64,000 nucleotides of DNA from an uncultured bacterium. Its GTDB lineage: Bacteria; Desulfobacterota; Syntrophorhabdia; Syntrophorhabdales; JANXAF01. The notes under the pieces were generated by a model. It saw only the letters and a list, made by a program, of their open reading frames with translations. It did no database searches and was not told the origin of the DNA. Below are positions 26,321-37,032 of the stretch, piece after piece; positions within the stretch are counted from its first letter, which is position 1, and the number at the start of each line of letters is the position of its first letter. A program made the translations under genes and the position numbers. Location of the stretch: NCBI GenBank assembly GCA_938084905.1, contig CALKEQ010000004.1, positions 132,269 through 196,268 on the forward strand. The letters run 5' to 3'.

Positions 26321-27163
26321 GAAAAAGTCTAGTACGATCTTTGCTACATTTTCAGGTGTTAAATCTTTCTCTTCCCATAAACTTACGTTTCTTCCCCTTG
26401 GATGCCAGATACTTGGATCAGTGTCAAGAAAAATTGTCACTGTGTACAATCCACAAGCAGCGGCAAGATGGGCAATTCCAGAATCATTTGAGACGAGGAT
26501 ACCTCCATTTTCAATAAAAAACCTTTTCAGATCGGCCAAATCATCTATTTTTAGACTCTTTGAGAGAGCGTAAGGAGAATCGGTCTGGGTGAGCCAGACT
26601 GTTGGCACATTTTTTTTCTTGAGAATACTTTCCACCTCTAAGAACTTTCCGTATTCCCACTTTTTCTTCTTTATACTCCTCTCAGGATAAAAGATAACGA
26701 GGGGTTTGAAGTTTGGGGTTACCTCTTTTTTTTTCACATCTATCTTTGCTTCCCAGAGCTGTCTCAGCTGATAATCTTCCACGTGGATTTTCTCTTTTTC
26801 CGGGTACATATCCACAAAAAGGATCCTTTCATTGGAGTACGCTTTCAGCCTTTTTCTCAAAGTCCCATCTCTGTCCTTTCCTATAAAGATGATCCTCTCC
26901 CAGATAAAATCCTTCTTCTCATCCGAAAAGAAAAAAAGCCACTTTAAGGATTGAATCTCTTCCACGCGAACAAAGTATTGAGAAAAAAGGGAAAGGTATC
27001 TTTTGACCCCAACTGCTGCTATTTTTGAACCAAACTGGAGGGTAAGTGAGTAAAATGTAGATTCAGAAAGGCACACATCACCAAGCCCTCCCATGTGAAT
27101 AAGGAGTATCTCTCCAAAAAAAGACCCATCCACGTATAATAATTCTACAAAAATTTCGCGCAT
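26297..27163 (-). CDS. Glycosyltransferase family 9 (LPS heptosyltransferase-like)
   Basis: N-terminal ILLIHMGGLGDV and C-terminal SNDSGIAHLAAACG motifs. At 288 aa it is shorter than typical GT9 enzymes. Confidence 0.65.
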   Translation of the reverse strand: MREIFVELLYVDGSFFGEILLIHMGGLGDVCLSESTFYSLTLQFGSKIAAVGVKRYLSLFSQYFVRVEEIQSLKWLFFFSDEKKDFIWERIIFIGKDRDGTLRKRLKAYSNERILFVDMYPEKEKIHVEDYQLRQLWEAKIDVKKKEVTPNFKPLVIFYPERSIKKKKWEYGKFLEVESILKKKNVPTVWLTQTDSPYALSKSLKIDDLADLKRFFIENGGILVSNDSGIAHLAAACGLYTVTIFLDTDPSIWHPRGRNVSLWEEKDLTPENVAKIVLDFFLPSSDSL

Positions 27164-27210
27164 TTACAAATGGTTCCATATATGCTAGGATAAGCTTACT
27201 GGGGGGTATA

Positions 27211-29919
27211 TTGAACGTTCTCTCTGTCCTTAGCCTTTTTACGTCCTTTATTCTTTTCTCTTCAGCCTTTTTTTCGCTTCTTGTAGACAAAAGGTCCAGT
27301 TTAAATAGGGTCTTTTCTTTGCTTATGGTCACCCTGGGAATATGGGCCCTATTTTACAGCTTTGTCTACTCTGCCCCCAATAAAGAGATAGCATGGAAGT
27401 ATCACAGAATTTCCTCAATCGGTTGGATACCTTTTTCCTCACTTGCCCTCCATTTTGCACTTCTTTTTACAAAGAAGAACCAGCTTCTAAAAAGGAGGCT
27501 CTTTTACCTTGTGTACATCGTACCTGTGATCTTTTTCATTAAGAACCTTGAGAGTTCACTGACAACAAGAGATTTTGTGTACACCGATTTGGGATGGGTC
27601 GAAATACCAAAGACGGATAGTCTCTGGTATTATCTGTTCTTCGTCTATTACGCAGGTTTTCTCACAACTGTTCTCCTTCTCCTTTACCACCAAAGAAAAA
27701 AAGCAAGCTCAAAAAGGGAAAAAAAGCAAGCGGACCTGATTTTCTATTCAATCCTTTTGACCTTCATACTGGCATCAGGGGTTGAGACGGTATTACCCTC
27801 TCTTGGTTCCCATTTTCTTCCTCCATTGGGTCCTATATTTACTCTTATTTTCGCTACAGGTGTTGGATTGGCAATTTCCAAGTACAGATTGATGAAGGTC
27901 ACGCCAATTCTAGCAACAGACGATCTACTTCTTATGATGAAGGACTTTTTTATCCTTTTTGACCCAGAATGGAGGGTGGTGGCAGTAAACAGACACACGG
28001 AAGAGAGTCTATCCTTCAGGAAGGATGAGCTTCTTAGAAAGAGTATCGATTCTCTTGTCAATCCTTCAGATCTCCACTTTTTTAAAAACCCTCTTCAAAT
28101 GGAAAAAAGAGAGATCCAGCTTACCACTAAAGATGGAGAGTACATTCCGGTCCTGGGTTCCCTCTCTGAGATAAGGGATAGAAGTGGGGATCTAGTTGGA
28201 TACGCGTTCATCGCTCAGGATCTGAGAGATAAAAAGAAGCTCGAGGAAGAGATTGTTGTAAGGAAAAGGGTTGAGGAGGCGCTTCTCTCTTATCAGGCAT
28301 CCCTTGAGCAGAAGATTAAGGATAGAACCTCCGATCTTCTTATGGCAAACGAGACTCTGAGAAAGGAGATAGAGGAAAGGAGAAAAGCTGAGGATTACCT
28401 AAGGGAGTCTGAGGAGAGATACAAACTCCTCTTTGAAAATGCAGGAGATGCCATATGTTTGCTAAATGAGAAACTTGAGTTTATCGACTTAAACAAAAGA
28501 GCTCAAGAGTTCTTTGGATATTCAAAGGAGGAGCTTCTCGGAAAAAGACTTACCGATTTAGAATTGATTCATAAGGAGGACAGAGAAAGGGTTGAAAGCT
28601 CCCTCCTATCCCTTACCTCCGATAAAGTAGGAACGAGGGGCCAAGTAAGATTCCTGACAAAAAACGGAGAGAAAAAAATAGGAGATTGTACCTCAACGAT
28701 CTTTTTGGATCGGAAAAAAAACGCTCCTGTAATTCTGACAATAATAAAGGACATAACGAGAAGAAAAAAAATGGAAGAAGAGCTGGCAAGAGCAAGGAGA
28801 ATGGAGGCTGTAGGAGTACTCGCTGGAGGAATAGCTCACGATTTCAATAACTTACTTGCGGTTGTAATGGGTAACTTATCTCTAGCTAAAATGTCGCTTG
28901 AGACTACACACAGGGCTTACAGTAAGCTTTCAGATGCTGAAAAAGCCATTTTAAAGGCAAAGGAACTCACAAAAAAGCTCCTTCTTTTTGCGAGGACCAC
29001 TGAGGGTAGAAGGAAGGAGGTGGATCTAAAACAGATAGTAGAGGATACAGCCTTTTTAGTTTTTGCCGGTTCACCTGTAAAGTGCGAACTCCAATTTCCC
29101 TACCCCATACCATCAATTTTGGCAGACGAGGATCAAATCAGGCAGGTCATAAACAGCGTGATGTTAAATGCTAAGGAAGCGATGTCTGGTAGGGGGATAC
29201 TAAAAGTAAAAGGGGAGGCGATAAGAATCGGTCAAAAAAATAGGTTTTCACTTGAAGAGGGAGATTACGTAAAAATCACCATTCAGGACTCTGGGCCAGG
29301 AATAAGTGAAGAGGTCCTCTCAAAGGTTTTTGATCCTTACTTCTCCACAAAAGGTCTAGGATCAGAAAAGGGGACAGGGCTTAGTCTTGCACTTTCATAT
29401 ACAATTGTGAAAAACCACATGGGCCATATTGAGATAGACTCTAAGCCAGAAGGAGGAACAGTCGTAGACATATATTTGCCCGCTTACAGATCTTCTGAGA
29501 AAGGGACGGAAGAGAAGGCGAAAACTCCCATTAAAGGCAAGATCCTCATTATGGACGACGAAGAAATGGTTAGAGAAGTGACAGCTGAAATACTTAATAA
29601 CTTCGGATTTGTGGTCGAATGTGCAAGTAGCGGGTTTGAAGCTGTACAAATCTATAAAAGGGCATTTGACAATGGAGAACCTTTCGATGTGGTTATTCTC
29701 GACCTTACAATCCAAGGAGGAATGGGAGGGAAAGAGGCTTTTACATGGTTAAAGGAGATTGATCCAAACGTGAAAGCTGTAATAACGAGCGGTTACGCGT
29801 ACGATCCAATAATTTCCTCGTACAAAGAGTATGGGTTTGCGGGAGCTTTGTCAAAACCCTTCGAGGTAAGCTCCCTAATTGAGCTTATTGAAGAGATTAC
29901 AAAGGAAAAAAAGGCTTAA
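27211..29919 (+). CDS. Hybrid sensor histidine kinase (multi-TM sensor, PAS x2, HisKA, HATPase_c, receiver)
   Basis: About 7 N-terminal TM helices, a coiled-coil and PAS regions. H-box HDFNNLL, N-box NAKEAM, G-boxes DSGPGI and GTGLSL, and a C-terminal receiver (ILIMDDE...VILDL...SKPF). Confidence 0.85.
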   Translation: MNVLSVLSLFTSFILFSSAFFSLLVDKRSSLNRVFSLLMVTLGIWALFYSFVYSAPNKEIAWKYHRISSIGWIPFSSLALHFALLFTKKNQLLKRRLFYLVYIVPVIFFIKNLESSLTTRDFVYTDLGWVEIPKTDSLWYYLFFVYYAGFLTTVLLLLYHQRKKASSKREKKQADLIFYSILLTFILASGVETVLPSLGSHFLPPLGPIFTLIFATGVGLAISKYRLMKVTPILATDDLLLMMKDFFILFDPEWRVVAVNRHTEESLSFRKDELLRKSIDSLVNPSDLHFFKNPLQMEKREIQLTTKDGEYIPVLGSLSEIRDRSGDLVGYAFIAQDLRDKKKLEEEIVVRKRVEEALLSYQASLEQKIKDRTSDLLMANETLRKEIEERRKAEDYLRESEERYKLLFENAGDAICLLNEKLEFIDLNKRAQEFFGYSKEELLGKRLTDLELIHKEDRERVESSLLSLTSDKVGTRGQVRFLTKNGEKKIGDCTSTIFLDRKKNAPVILTIIKDITRRKKMEEELARARRMEAVGVLAGGIAHDFNNLLAVVMGNLSLAKMSLETTHRAYSKLSDAEKAILKAKELTKKLLLFARTTEGRRKEVDLKQIVEDTAFLVFAGSPVKCELQFPYPIPSILADEDQIRQVINSVMLNAKEAMSGRGILKVKGEAIRIGQKNRFSLEEGDYVKITIQDSGPGISEEVLSKVFDPYFSTKGLGSEKGTGLSLALSYTIVKNHMGHIEIDSKPEGGTVVDIYLPAYRSSEKGTEEKAKTPIKGKILIMDDEEMVREVTAEILNNFGFVVECASSGFEAVQIYKRAFDNGEPFDVVILDLTIQGGMGGKEAFTWLKEIDPNVKAVITSGYAYDPIISSYKEYGFAGALSKPFEVSSLIELIEEITKEKKA

Positions 29920-31418
29920 AACTTTGATTTGAGAAGCTCAATTAAAAGATCCTTGAAGAGGATGAGAAGGATGAGAAAACATATAGTAGCGTTTAACGTT
30001 ATAAGCAGGGCTGGATTTGCTGTCAGAGATTTGGTCAGCTTAATGGATGCGAGGATAAAAAGACCCGTAAAGACCGATTTTCCAATTGCATAAATCGCTT
30101 CTTTCCCAACTCTATAACCAGTTTTCCTCCTCCACAGAATAAAAAGTGACAACATATTGTAGAGGGAAACAAGAGAAGTAGCCAAAGATATACCGAGATT
30201 TTTGTACGGAACCATAAGGACAAGATCGAGGATTACATTTAGGAAGATAGAGACGATTCCAATCTTGGCAGGGGTTTTTGTGTCGTGTATGGCGTTAAAT
30301 ACCCTTACGAAGAGCATAGAGAGTCCGTAAAAAAAAAGCCCAATCCCATAACCTAGAAGGGCACGGGACGCAAGAAGGGTCTCTTCCGGTCCGAATGCTC
30401 CTCTCTCATAAAGGAGCTTCACAATTTCAGTACTTAGCCCACACAGAAGGAAAAGAGAGGGAATAAGGGTAACAGAAAGGAGAAGTAAAGAATTGTCCAG
30501 ATAGGAAAAAAGGGGGGTCCAGGCTTTCTCATGGTATAGCCTCGATATATTGGAAAAAGCAACAGTATAAACGGGAACGGCAAAGAGGCTGAAGGGAAGT
30601 ATAAATATTCTGAAGGCGTAAGAAAGGGAAGCAACGTGACCTTCAGGTAGGAAGGAACCAAGAATTCTATCTACGAAACTGTTTATTGGAACTATAGAGG
30701 CGCCTATAAGAGCACCAAAGAGAAGCCTCTTTGCCTCATTTATCGACTCATGGGAAAGATCTACTTTCGGCACGTACCTCACATTCAGTTTTCTAAGGAA
30801 AGGGTATTGTAGAAGAACCTGGATGAGAGATCCAAGGGTTGCTCCAATTGCAAGACTGTATATACCCAAAGACTTGCTTAAAAATAGGCAACAAAGTATA
30901 AAGACCAGGTTCCACACAATCCCAGATGCCTCAGGTGCTGCAAAGTGTTCTTTTGCATTTAAAAAGGACTTCATAACGGAAAGTGCGCCGTACATAACTA
31001 TTATTGGGATCATTATTACAAAGAGATTCCTTGTAATTGTCCTTGCGTAGGGAGAAAATCCTGGTGCTATAAGCTCGATTACCCTCTCAGAAAATAAAAA
31101 AAGGACAAAAGAGAATACAGTGGTCAGTAAAAGGGAGAGGTTCAAAAATGTGGAGTAAACGTATGAGTATCGAGAATCGTCCCCCAAATACTTGGAACAA
31201 ACAGGTACCAAAATTGAACCTGTAATCCCTGAAAAAAAAAGTGTCTGAACAAGATCTGAGAAGTTGTAAGCAACAACAAAAGCGTCAACAAGGAAAGTAG
31301 CTCCAAATACATAAGCCTGAACAGCCTCCCTTATGTACCCGAGGGGCCTGCTAATGAGGGTAATTGCAGTTATAATAGAGCCTTTTTTTACAAGGTCAAT
31401 CTTCTCCTTTTTTCTCAT
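29916..31418 (-). CDS. murJ: Lipid II flippase MurJ (MviN family)
   Basis: 500 aa with about 14 TM segments. N-terminal [17 protein letters not shown] motif, MOP superfamily. Confidence 0.85.
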   Translation of the reverse strand: MRKKEKIDLVKKGSIITAITLISRPLGYIREAVQAYVFGATFLVDAFVVAYNFSDLVQTLFFSGITGSILVPVCSKYLGDDSRYSYVYSTFLNLSLLLTTVFSFVLFLFSERVIELIAPGFSPYARTITRNLFVIMIPIIVMYGALSVMKSFLNAKEHFAAPEASGIVWNLVFILCCLFLSKSLGIYSLAIGATLGSLIQVLLQYPFLRKLNVRYVPKVDLSHESINEAKRLLFGALIGASIVPINSFVDRILGSFLPEGHVASLSYAFRIFILPFSLFAVPVYTVAFSNISRLYHEKAWTPLFSYLDNSLLLLSVTLIPSLFLLCGLSTEIVKLLYERGAFGPEETLLASRALLGYGIGLFFYGLSMLFVRVFNAIHDTKTPAKIGIVSIFLNVILDLVLMVPYKNLGISLATSLVSLYNMLSLFILWRRKTGYRVGKEAIYAIGKSVFTGLFILASIKLTKSLTANPALLITLNATICFLILLILFKDLLIELLKSKF

Positions 31419-32068
31419 TCTTTCCAGCCATAGGCGCCTATAAGCTTAACGAACCTGCAACTCCCACAGTTTTCCTCTTCGTATTTGTTCTCTCCGATCT
31501 TTGTGTATACGATTAAATCTTGGGAGCACTCCCCTCCCACAGGTATGACGAGCCTTCCACCCTCTTTCAGCTGGTCGAGAAGAGGTTTCGGTACATAAGG
31601 AGAGGCAGCGGTGACTATTATGGCATCATAAGGGGCGTACTCATCCCATCCGAGTGTTCCGTCTCCGACTTTTATGAGAACGTTTGTGTATTTAAGATCA
31701 TCGAGGATCTTCCTTGCCCTCTTCGCTATTGAAGCAATCCTTTCAATTGAGTAAACCCTTTCTGCAAGCTCTGCAAGTATGGCAGTCTGATAACCCGATC
31801 CAGTTCCTATCTCCAGGACCGATTCATGACCTTTAAGTCTCAGTTTCTCCGTCATAAGGGCCACTATGTAAGGCTGGGATATGGTCTGTCTTTCCCCAAT
31901 TGGGAGAGGATAATCCTCGTAGGCCTGAGGCCAAAGTGCCTCATCGAGAAAAAGGTGTCTTGGAACTTTTCTCATTGCGGCAATGAGCCTTTCGTCTTTA
32001 ATGCCCCTTGCTATTATCTGTGTCTCAACCATTAAATCCCTTTTAATCTTAAACTCGTTCACACTCAT
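31415..32068 (-). CDS. pcm: Protein-L-isoaspartate O-methyltransferase
   Basis: Motifs [26 protein letters not shown] and GGRLVIPVG. Confidence 0.9.
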   Translation of the reverse strand: MSVNEFKIKRDLMVETQIIARGIKDERLIAAMRKVPRHLFLDEALWPQAYEDYPLPIGERQTISQPYIVALMTEKLRLKGHESVLEIGTGSGYQTAILAELAERVYSIERIASIAKRARKILDDLKYTNVLIKVGDGTLGWDEYAPYDAIIVTAASPYVPKPLLDQLKEGGRLVIPVGGECSQDLIVYTKIGENKYEEENCGSCRFVKLIGAYGWKE

Positions 32069-32865
32069 ACGGAGAGTTTCCTTGCTCTCCTTTCAGCCTT
32101 TTCAAAAGCTTTTATTATTGCTCCTTTAAATGCTTTCTCTTCAAGGATTGCAAGTCCCCATATGGTCGTTCCTCCTGGGGAGGTGATCTTTTCCCTTAGG
32201 ATTGATGGGTGAAGATTCTCTGATGCCATAAGTTTCATTGTTCCACTTACGATCTTCTCCGCCATCTTAAAAGCACTATCCTTTGAGAATCCCATTTTTA
32301 CTCCAGCCTCAACCATTCCCTCAAGGAAAAAGAGAAAAAAAGCTGGACCACTTCCCGCATAAGCGGTAAGTGCATCAAATAGTTCCTCCTTAAGCTCTAT
32401 TACAAGACCTAGGTTTTGAAGGGTCTTCTTCAAGAATTCGAATTCCCCATTATTTACGTTTCTATTCCTGCAGATGCCTATAACCCCCTCCTTTACTGCA
32501 ACAGAAAGGTTTGGCATGATCCTTATGACTTTTGCATCCTCCCCTAAAATAGAAGAAAGAGTCGATATTTTAAGTCCGGCCATTGCCGATACTATAACGT
32601 TTTTTTCTGTAACAAGGGGAGAGAGGCTCTCAAGGAGCTCCTCTGCGTCCTGAGGTTTCACTACAAGGAAAATGTACTGAGCTATGGACGTAAGCTCTGC
32701 GAGGTCCTTTGTATCACTTATCTTGTATCTCTCCTTTATATATTTTCTCCTCTCATCCCTTACCTCACTAAAGATGATCTCATCTTCCTTGAAACCTGCC
32801 TCAAGGAGGCCTCTAATTAGAGCCTCTCCCATGTTACCTGCTCCTATTAAAGCGACCTTTGCCAT
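32065..32865 (-). CDS. proC: Pyrroline-5-carboxylate reductase
   Basis: N-terminal [10 protein letters not shown] Rossmann motif and C-terminal SPGGTT motif. Confidence 0.9.
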   Translation of the reverse strand: MAKVALIGAGNMGEALIRGLLEAGFKEDEIIFSEVRDERRKYIKERYKISDTKDLAELTSIAQYIFLVVKPQDAEELLESLSPLVTEKNVIVSAMAGLKISTLSSILGEDAKVIRIMPNLSVAVKEGVIGICRNRNVNNGEFEFLKKTLQNLGLVIELKEELFDALTAYAGSGPAFFLFFLEGMVEAGVKMGFSKDSAFKMAEKIVSGTMKLMASENLHPSILREKITSPGGTTIWGLAILEEKAFKGAIIKAFEKAERRARKLSV

Positions 32866-32933
32866 TTATCCCTCCTCCCTCATTTTATAGCAGATTAAAG
32901 GCCTTTTTTTAAAGATTTAGTTTGATTTTTTAA

Positions 32934-35120
32934 TTGAAGGGAAAAACCTTCTATGGTACTCACATATCTCGCCAAAGGATGAAACAGAAGATACTAGTCG
33001 CTTACATCTCTTTCTTTCTTCTCCTTCTTTACGTCCATTTTTTCAGACTCCCAATTTTCGCGGGAGATACAGACTTATGGTACCATTTGAGTTCAGGAAG
33101 ATTCATAGTTGAGAGCCTAAAAATCCCAAAGGAGAGCTATTTTTCATTTTTGGATCCACCAAGGGAGTGGGTCGATTACTACTGGCTCTTTCAGGTTCTA
33201 GTATACTGTGTGTACAGGCTTGGCCACTACCATGGTCTCGTCATTCTAAGAGCCCTCCTTTTTTTGCTTGTAACAATTATTCTCTTCCTTTTTCTCTTTT
33301 CAGAGGAAAAAGACGGTGAAAGGTACCCTTTTCGCTCCATTTTCTTTCTCTTCCTTGTTCTTCTCCTTCTTCCAAGATACGCTCTTTTAAGACCTCACAC
33401 TTTTTCCTATCTACTTTTGGCCACCTTTCTTTACATCCTTGAGAAAAAAAAGGGGTACGTAAAGTACCTTCCAGCCATTGGTTTAGTATGGTCGAATATC
33501 CACGGGATCGAGTACCCCATAATGATTTTTATAGTCGTCTGTTACCTCTTTGACTTTATGCTGGAAAAAAGGAGAGAGGGAACAGGTGTTGAAAAAAAGG
33601 ATCTCCCCTTTGTCTCTTTTCTCCTTCTTTCTGCCATCACTCCATTTTTTACTCCCCAATTTTTCAATCTTATGGTGATCCCATTCATACCAATAACTTT
33701 CGCCCGTCATTACATTCGGGAGCTGGCCCCCTTTTCCCTTCTAGATTTAACGTCTTTAAAGGTGGAAAACTTCTTAGTCTCATTTGAGACTGTGGTCCTT
33801 CTCCTTCTTTTTTTCACCCTCTTATCTTTCCTTTACGGGATTGCAAAAAGGGTTTTTAAAGCCAGGCACATAATCCTCCTTCTCTGTGCAATAGTTCTTT
33901 TGTCAATGGGAAAAAGATTCGCATACGAATCTTTCTTACTTCTCGTTCCTTTTATTTACGTTTCCTCACCTTCCATCTCCTTCCAGAGGATGATTAAAGA
34001 TCCTTCAAAACTTCTTGCCTTTTCATTTTTTATAATTCTTCTTTTTTTGCCGTTGCTCGATGTGAAAAAGAGGATGGGGGTGTCCATTAGGTACCCTTTT
34101 TCCTTCGAAAATCTTCCACACGGGGTCTCAATCTTCCTCAATGAAATAGGAGCTAGAGGCTATGTACTCAATCACCCGAACGTAGGAGGTTACCTTGAGT
34201 GGATGCTCTATCCAAAATACAAGATTTTCATGGACATGCAGGTTCCGTTTCTTTTCACAAATGAGGACATGTTTGTAGCTATTAGGATCTTCAGCTTTCT
34301 CGACGAAAACATCCTGAAGGATTTTTTGGAAAAATACGACCCAAGTTTCATAGTTGCCCCAATCTCAGTACACGGTTTTAACGGTCTTATGGAAAAGTTC
34401 CCCCATTTTAAAAAGGTCTTCTTTGACGATTTTTACGTTCTTTACGCGAATTCCATCCACTACCCTGAGCTTGTGAATAAATTCGAACTAAAAAAAGTCG
34501 ATCCCTATAATCTCAGAGATCTTCCCTTACTGGAAAAGGAAAGTGAACTAGTAAAAAACGAACTTGAGAGGATCCACAATTTCCATCCCCACTGCGCTTT
34601 GGCAAACGAGTACCTCGCCCGGTTCTATATCAAAAGAGGCCTTTACCAAAAAGCTCTAAAATTCGCGGAAAGAATAATAGAGGCTTACCCGGGATCTCCC
34701 AAAGGATACACTCTTAAAGCGGAGATACTCAAGGAAATGAAAAGGTACAGAAGAGCGATAGTCTATTACAAAAAGAGCATAAAGCTCAGGGAAACGAAGG
34801 ATAACGTCTTTGCCCTTGGAAAGGTCTTTTTTGAGATGGGAGAATATGGGCGAGCCTATGAATTGATGGTAAAGGCGATAAATCTATTCTCTTTAGAAAC
34901 AAATCACAGGGATGTCTATTATGCCGCCACTGCAGCTTTCCATGCGAAAAAGGCAAAAGAAGCATGTGTTCTTTTTAAGTACGGTTTGATGATGCTACCT
35001 AAGGACGATAGAGAATATGTGGAAAAGTATAAAGAGCTCATTTTGCACCTCAGTAAGTGCCCTCAAGAAAACACGCAACCCGGTGATTTTCCGTTCCGTA
35101 AAGCAAAGGAGCCTCATTAG
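32934..35120 (+). CDS. Polytopic membrane protein with C-terminal TPR repeats (GT-C-fold glycosyltransferase-like)
   Basis: About 12 TM segments with an acidic first-loop motif (AGDTDLWYH), followed by a soluble domain and TPR-like repeats at the C-terminus. The start is uncertain: 32934 alternative start versus ATG MKQKIL at ~32979. Confidence 0.55.
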   Translation: MKGKTFYGTHISRQRMKQKILVAYISFFLLLLYVHFFRLPIFAGDTDLWYHLSSGRFIVESLKIPKESYFSFLDPPREWVDYYWLFQVLVYCVYRLGHYHGLVILRALLFLLVTIILFLFLFSEEKDGERYPFRSIFFLFLVLLLLPRYALLRPHTFSYLLLATFLYILEKKKGYVKYLPAIGLVWSNIHGIEYPIMIFIVVCYLFDFMLEKRREGTGVEKKDLPFVSFLLLSAITPFFTPQFFNLMVIPFIPITFARHYIRELAPFSLLDLTSLKVENFLVSFETVVLLLLFFTLLSFLYGIAKRVFKARHIILLLCAIVLLSMGKRFAYESFLLLVPFIYVSSPSISFQRMIKDPSKLLAFSFFIILLFLPLLDVKKRMGVSIRYPFSFENLPHGVSIFLNEIGARGYVLNHPNVGGYLEWMLYPKYKIFMDMQVPFLFTNEDMFVAIRIFSFLDENILKDFLEKYDPSFIVAPISVHGFNGLMEKFPHFKKVFFDDFYVLYANSIHYPELVNKFELKKVDPYNLRDLPLLEKESELVKNELERIHNFHPHCALANEYLARFYIKRGLYQKALKFAERIIEAYPGSPKGYTLKAEILKEMKRYRRAIVYYKKSIKLRETKDNVFALGKVFFEMGEYGRAYELMVKAINLFSLETNHRDVYYAATAAFHAKKAKEACVLFKYGLMMLPKDDREYVEKYKELILHLSKCPQENTQPGDFPFRKAKEPH

Positions 35121-35985
35121 CGCACCTTTTTCCCCTCCATTCGCATCTTCCATAGTAGACACATGCCCCCTCTTTATCCTCATCCCCCCTTATTCTTCCC
35201 CTCCCCCTTATTGAGTAATCGAGGAGTAATCTCGTGTAAGGATGAAGGGGATTTGAAAATATCTCTTCTTTTTCTCCTTCCTCCACAATCTTACCCTTAA
35301 ACATGACCATAACCCTTTCAGAAATGAACCTGATCACATTTAGGTCATGGGAGATGAAAATCATCGACAATTTCCTTTCCTCCTTAATTTTCAAGAAAAG
35401 ACTCAGGATCTGTGCCTGGATGGACACGTCAAGAGATGAGACAGGCTCATCTGCCACAAGAAGGGATGGTTCAGTACAGATCGCCCTTGCTATTGCTACC
35501 CTCTGTCTCTGCCCTCCACTCATCTCATGTGGGTACTTATCAACGAAACTTTCATCAAGTCCCACACTGAGGAGTATATCTTTAACTTTCTCCCTTACTG
35601 TTCCTTTATCTACCAGATTGAAGTTTAAAATGGGCTCAGAAACTATATCTATCACTCTCTTTCTTGGGTTAAGGGAAGAGTATGGGTCCTGAAAAACTAT
35701 CTGCATCCACCTTCTCAATGGCTTAAGCTCCTTCTCCTTTAGCTTCAAAAGATCAACTCCGCAAAAATGGATCTCTCCCAAATCTGGTCTTTCGAGTAAA
35801 AGGACACATCTTGCTAGTGTACTCTTTCCAGAACCACTTTCTCCAACGATTCCTAGTGTCTCATGCTCATTAACCTTGAGAGAGACTTTATCTAGAGCCC
35901 TTATCTTGCTACTTCTGATCGAAAAGACACTTTTCTTTAACTCGTAAGTCTTACTTAATTCCCGTACAGAAAGCACCTCACCCAT
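35050..35985 (-). CDS. Oligopeptide/dipeptide ABC transporter ATP-binding protein (OppF/DppF-like)
   Basis: Walker A GESGSGKST, signature MSGGQRQR, Walker B LLVADEP, and a C-terminal oligopeptide-type extension with Cys residues. Confidence 0.85.
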   Translation of the reverse strand: MGEVLSVRELSKTYELKKSVFSIRSSKIRALDKVSLKVNEHETLGIVGESGSGKSTLARCVLLLERPDLGEIHFCGVDLLKLKEKELKPLRRWMQIVFQDPYSSLNPRKRVIDIVSEPILNFNLVDKGTVREKVKDILLSVGLDESFVDKYPHEMSGGQRQRVAIARAICTEPSLLVADEPVSSLDVSIQAQILSLFLKIKEERKLSMIFISHDLNVIRFISERVMVMFKGKIVEEGEKEEIFSNPLHPYTRLLLDYSIRGRGRIRGDEDKEGACVYYGRCEWRGKRCANEAPLLYGTENHRVACFLEGTY

Positions 35986-36905
35986 GTTCCATCATCTATC
36001 CTTATGGGTTTTGGTTCCTCGCGCATGCACAAGTCCATCACATAGTCGCACCTTGGGTGAAACTTACATCCTTTAGGAACGTTTTTAAGATCAGGCACAC
36101 TACCCTTTATTGGGATCAGTTTCTCTCCTCTCATGAAAGCTGAGCGCAAAAGACCCTGGCTATACGGATGATACGGTTTTTTGAAGAAGTTGTCCTTTTT
36201 TTGCTCTTCAACGATTCTTCCGAGATACATAATTCCAATTTTGTGGCTTAAATTTTCAACAATGTGTAGGTCATGGGTTATGAATAGCATGGACATTTTT
36301 CTTTCTCTCACAAGGCTAAGAAGTAAATTCAAAATCTCCCACTCAGATGCCACATCAAGGGAGGTTGTCGGTTCGTCGCAAATTATAAGTTTCGGATTTA
36401 GGGATATTGAAATGGCTATTAAGACCCTCTGTCTCTGCCCCCCACTTAACTGATGAGGGTACTGATGGTACCTCTTTTCCGGGTTTTCAAAACCGACCTC
36501 CTTTAACAATTCTATAGCTCGTTCTTTGGCCTCTTTTTTTTTCAAGCCAAGATGGACAACAAACATCTCTTTTGTCTGTTCTCCAATTTTAAGAACGGGG
36601 TTAAGCGATGTCATCGGCTCTTGAAAGACCATAGATATTTCCCTTCCTCTTATTTTTTCCATCTCTTTCTCCGGAATTGCAAGAAGGTCCCTACCACGAA
36701 AAAGTACGGAACCGTTCTTTACTCTAAAGGAAGGTCCGAGTAGCCTAAGAACCGAAAGTGCCGTAACCGTCTTCCCGCAACCACTTTCTCCTACGAGACT
36801 GTAAATCTCCCCCTCATCGATAGTTAAATCCACATCCTTTATAACCTCAAGGAACCCAGTTTCTGTCATTACTTCAACGGAAAGTTTCCTTATCTCCAAA
36901 ACCAC
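35955..36905 (-). CDS. Oligopeptide/dipeptide ABC transporter ATP-binding protein (OppD/DppD-like)
   Basis: Walker A GESGCGKT, signature LSGGQRQR, Walker B LIICDEP, and the C-terminal PKGCKFHPRC motif. Confidence 0.85.
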   Translation of the reverse strand: MVLEIRKLSVEVMTETGFLEVIKDVDLTIDEGEIYSLVGESGCGKTVTALSVLRLLGPSFRVKNGSVLFRGRDLLAIPEKEMEKIRGREISMVFQEPMTSLNPVLKIGEQTKEMFVVHLGLKKKEAKERAIELLKEVGFENPEKRYHQYPHQLSGGQRQRVLIAISISLNPKLIICDEPTTSLDVASEWEILNLLLSLVRERKMSMLFITHDLHIVENLSHKIGIMYLGRIVEEQKKDNFFKKPYHPYSQGLLRSAFMRGEKLIPIKGSVPDLKNVPKGCKFHPRCDYVMDLCMREEPKPIRIDDGTWVRCFLYGN

Positions 36906-36924
36906 CTGTCGGACTTTTTTTGAT

Positions 36925-36953
36925 TTGATTATTTGAATCCTATGAATTATACT
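36925..36953 (+). promoter_or_regulatory. Candidate promoter for guaB-guaA
   Basis: TTGATT (36925-36930), a 17-nt spacer, then TATACT (36948-36953). Confidence 0.4.
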
Positions 36954-37032
36954 ACTTCAAAGCAGAATGACAAGTCCTTTTTGACGTAGTTTTCTAAATC
37001 CGCAACCAAAAAAGGAGAAGGGGTAGAAAATT

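Noticed and set aside
36906-37032. A possible purine riboswitch upstream of guaB.
   Set aside because: I could not find the conserved purine-riboswitch junction and loop sequences or a three-way junction. The region looks like a plain promoter plus SD.
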